DNA of 64,000 nucleotides, from contig CDRNST010000060.1 of assembly GCA_977016875.1 (NCBI GenBank), positions 2,356,001-2,420,000 on the forward strand, in the 5' to 3' direction. Shown piece by piece: positions 60,964 through 64,000 of the stretch. A program made the position numbers and the translations under genes. Numbering within the stretch: the first letter of the stretch is position 1; each line of letters opens with the position of its first letter. This DNA is from Pavona decussata (taxonomy: Eukaryota). The notes under the pieces were generated by a model. It saw only the letters and a program-made list of their open reading frames with translations, was not told the origin of the DNA and did no database searches.

Positions 60964-61455
60964 GGACGTTGCCTACTAATACCGAAGTATTGTTCTGCGG
61001 TTTATGACTATGCGAGAAAAGAAGATCTTAGAAAGGACTATTGAAATCCAAAAAGAAATTTGGGGGTAACCCCGCATATTTTAGAGTTAATTAAACAACA
61101 ATGATTCTAAAAGCCGTAAAATACAATAATAATAATAATAAGAAGAAGAATCTTTATTTTTTTTTAATGTACATAGTTGATTCTTACAATCTTGTTGTGG
61201 TAATACATAGAATTAAATTAATACAAAGCAATGTATAGCGTTTTTTTCCAAACTGAAGCCTTATTATCTCTGAAAAATGCATGGTTACCCCTGAATTTCA
61301 TTTTGGATACCAAGAGCACTTGCTGAGTTCTACTTTCTCTGCTTAGTTTTAAACCGCGCAAAAATATCCCTGCTTTAGTAGGCACCACCCATAGGAAATC
61401 CGAGTATCTGCAGATGCGCAGAACGCATGCGCAGTAGCAAAAGTAGGCACCGTCC
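60964..61455. mobile_element. Non-autonomous TTAA-specific DNA transposon (Kolobok-like) with a nested ~100-bp insertion
   Basis: TTAA|GGACGTTGCCTACT ... AGTAGGCACCGTCC|TTAA; internal insert bounded by aatacaa at 61120-61126 and 61220-61226. Confidence 0.8.
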
Positions 61456-61544
61456 TTAACTGAATTATTTTTGCCTTTGTCGACTTCCTAATCTGAACTA
61501 ATCACTCCTTAGAGCCATACGCCAGTCAGCTGTTTGCGTGAAAA

Positions 61545-61765
61545 TAGCCTCCCACGCAGGAGGAGGGTAATTGTGTTCGACGAAAGAGACCCATACTAAT
61601 CTGTTGGTGTGTCTGTGTTGTCATGTACGTGTCCTGTGCATACCAGCAGATCTTTTTTCGTTCGGCAAATGTATCGTTCATCTTTTCGTCGCCATTTTGA
61701 ACACACTCCCTAATCTTTGATTGCAACTAAGACGACTCGCTTAAAAACGACTGCGTGGGAGGCCA
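61545..61765. mobile_element. MITE of the same family as 5550-5595
   Basis: tagcctcccacgcag ... ttaaaaacgactgcgtgggaggcca; imperfect 9-bp TSD gcgtgaaaa / gcatgaaac. Confidence 0.7.
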
Positions 61766-61774
61766 GCATGAAAC

Positions 61775-62076
61775 TTAACCACATTGATATCTGACTAAAA
61801 GGTACTTGTAAGTGGAATAGGGCCAGGGACATGGATCACCGTAAACCTTATTAGATGCGGTGAGCTGGCAGTCGACTTTATTTTGGCAGGATCTCATTAC
61901 TTGAGCAAGAGAATTCGCCGCGCGACAATTGGTCGATTGCATGAATCCAATTCCACGGGGGCAAGTTTGGAGGTCCAGCCTGCCATAGTTAGCGAAAGTC
62001 ACGTTTATCTTTCCTTTGTTACCGCAGCTGATTTGTCCTGAGTTTCCCTCGCAGAGGATAAACTGACATTCTACTC
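61775..62076 (-). CDS. SUEL-type (rhamnose/galactose-binding) lectin domain exon; remainder of the gene unresolved
   Basis: ttttttgcag|GA VECQFILCEGNSGQISCGNKGKINVTFANYGRLDLQTCP...NCRAANSL..MRSCQNKVDCQLTASNKVYGDPC...YKYLLVRYQC; ANYGR, DPC and KYL motifs and the SUEL cysteine pattern. It ends at TAA 61775 or at a phase-1 donor after 61780. Confidence 0.85.
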
Positions 62077-62730
62077 CTGCAAAAAAGAATATGTCATTCC
62101 TCGTTTGAAGAATAAATCAGTCAATCCTGACAGGCATGAAAATGTTTCTGGCCCGCAAAACTATTTTACGTAACAGAAAATCGTTTGTTAAAAATCGATA
62201 ACAAAAAATTGAATTTGAAAATCCAGAGGTCGAAAACTCTTCGAGGAAACGGGAGTGCCGTTGCCCTCGGCACGGGCACAAAGGCTCTTTCTCGGGCGCT
62301 CGGTGTAGGATCGACCAAAAGCCGACGTTAAGCAGCGAAGTCGCTAGAGAAGCTTTGACCGAAAGGACCGAAAGCGGAAACTGTCGATAAAAACTTCTGA
62401 CGACTAGAGTAGGGAATGAGAAGGGAGAAGGTAATAGTGGAGTGCTGAATGAATTATGTACAAAAATGACGGTGCGTTCACTGGTAACGACAGATAAGGA
62501 ACCCAATATTGGCCTTAGCCACGTGCGTGTTTCCTAAAATAGGTGTACTATCTGCGCATGGTCTCCAAGGATCAGGATGGAATCTCACCTATTTCGCAAT
62601 GACTCCTAGTGTATCCTGGATTGAAAACGCAATAATTTTGATTGCTACTGTATTCTGGAATACACGTGGCGTTGTTTTTGCACGGGTAACTTGAGCAGGA
62701 TGTCTGAAAACAAAATAATGCTCAGTTCAG

Positions 62731-62860
62731 TCCTAACCTAACCTAATCGTTGTCGACGGATCCTCCTCCTGTGTGGGACAAAGGCCACAATGGAGCTACT
62801 CCACCTCTCATGGTCCATTGTCAGTTTCCCAGCTTCACTCTTCCATGTACCACAAGGCTC
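62731..62860 (-). mobile_element. Probable RTE-type LINE 3' end with short (TTAGG)n tail
   Basis: Minus strand reads TWKSEAGKLTMDHERWSSSIVAF then (frameshift) CPTQEED, resembling an RTE ORF C-terminus, followed by ttaggttaggttagg. Confidence 0.45.
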
Positions 62861-63408
62861 ATTCCCAGCTTTCCTAAAGGCTTTCAGAAAGAGTGGGAAT
62901 AGCACCAGGACTGGCGTTGCCTTAGATTCTTCAATATATAGCTAATTTCATTTAAGTTTCGACAATAATGAATGTTTTCACGATGTTATTCTACCTCAAA
63001 GCCGGAAGCCCCTATCCTGGAAGCCGAGAACTGGCACATAGTTTATTACATCTCTCGTCTCGTCCTTCGTGAATTCGTCCTTAGTGGTTCGAGTTTGTTA
63101 TTGCTAGTTATATGGACCACTCGGTGACTTATTTCACTCTTTCATGTTAGGTACGAACCTTTTCTTTTAACCTCTGACTTCAGTTATAAATTGTGGCGAA
63201 ACTTCCACGAAAGACGCCGATTAAAATATAATGTCTGTACCGGCCATGACGTTGTCGCGCATGTTTGCCAATACAAATGCCCCGTACAGAGTGTAGGTAC
63301 ACTAAGCCATGTGATTTGCAAATTTCCAAAATCAATTCACATCAAAAAATTTACTGAGCCAGGTTGTTGGTTCGTCTTGAGGTTTATTTTAAGGGATAGG
63401 CTTATATT

Positions 63409-63640
63409 AGAGAGATCTGGAATAACGTTTACGGCAAATGGCAGAAACGCGTGACCACGTTTATCCTACACTTGCCGCTCGCTTTTTGCAGTTTCTTACT
63501 AAAATTCGGTAGTTTTGCGTTAGCTTAAAACATCAGGATCATTTTTGTACCATTCTCATCTTTGTACCCCTTTTTAATTTTTTTCAAGAACTTCATAAAC
63601 CGCGTGAATCTCACGTTTGCTGGCGAAAATGCCATTCTCG
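63409..63640. mobile_element. Degenerate MITE
   Basis: agagagatctggaataacgtttacggcaaatggc ... cacgtttgctggcgaaaatgccattctc; imperfect inverted ends. Confidence 0.45.
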
Positions 63641-64000
63641 ATTACAAAAACCCTATATAGCCTCGACGGCAACGGCAACGAAAACCTGACATAGAAATAT
63701 ATTGACCTACTTTCAGATCATGAATTCCAACTCTTTCAACTTGTGCAATGTGGCCGAGTTCTCCAGGAACTGAATTCTCGTTGTTGTTATTTACTATGCA
63801 GAGCAGAAGTTTGTGCAGAGCTACTGTTTTGCTCAAATATGTGAGTTCGATTACCGAAAATTCCGTTCGAATCGATTCTGTTTGATTGCCTACACCGGGA
63901 TACTCAATGTCTGGCCTAGACTTAAAGAATTACTATCACGTTTGCGTTAAGTTACGAAATGCTACTATCCAAAAGAGTTAATACACACCTTGATGCTAAA

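Noticed and set aside
62731-62746. Interstitial telomere (TTAGG)n
   Set aside because: Only three units, better explained as a retroelement tail.

Overview
Eukaryotic (animal) genomic DNA with spliceosomal introns and two assembly gaps (N 9415-9554, 19934-20135). The repeat families and intron style suggest a cnidarian, probably a stony coral; this is inference. Genes reconstructed by hand from splice sites and translation: the last two coding exons of RCC1 (+, 501-1960); a complete 7-exon XRCC3 (-, 8618-3806, 360 aa) convergent with it; a complete MARK/PAR-1 kinase (+, 35743-56758, 20 core exons, about 802 aa, kinase-UBA-spacer-KA1); and a SUEL/rhamnose-binding lectin exon (-, 62076-61775). 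The 27 kb between XRCC3 and MARK holds a decayed 5.7-kb Sola3-like DNA transposon (TTAA TSD, about 600-bp TIRs, transposase relics), a 2 x ~1.9-kb tandem duplication that may hide a small secreted-peptide gene, and many MITEs. The most notable unexplained structure is in the MARK spacer region: a run of phase-2 symmetric cassette exons, including an apparently duplicated exon pair, a candidate 6-nt microexon, GC-AG donors, a candidate poison microexon and a second basic/hydrophobic motif exon. No CRISPR array, rRNA or tRNA was recognised, and I cannot support a wholly new biological system from sequence alone.
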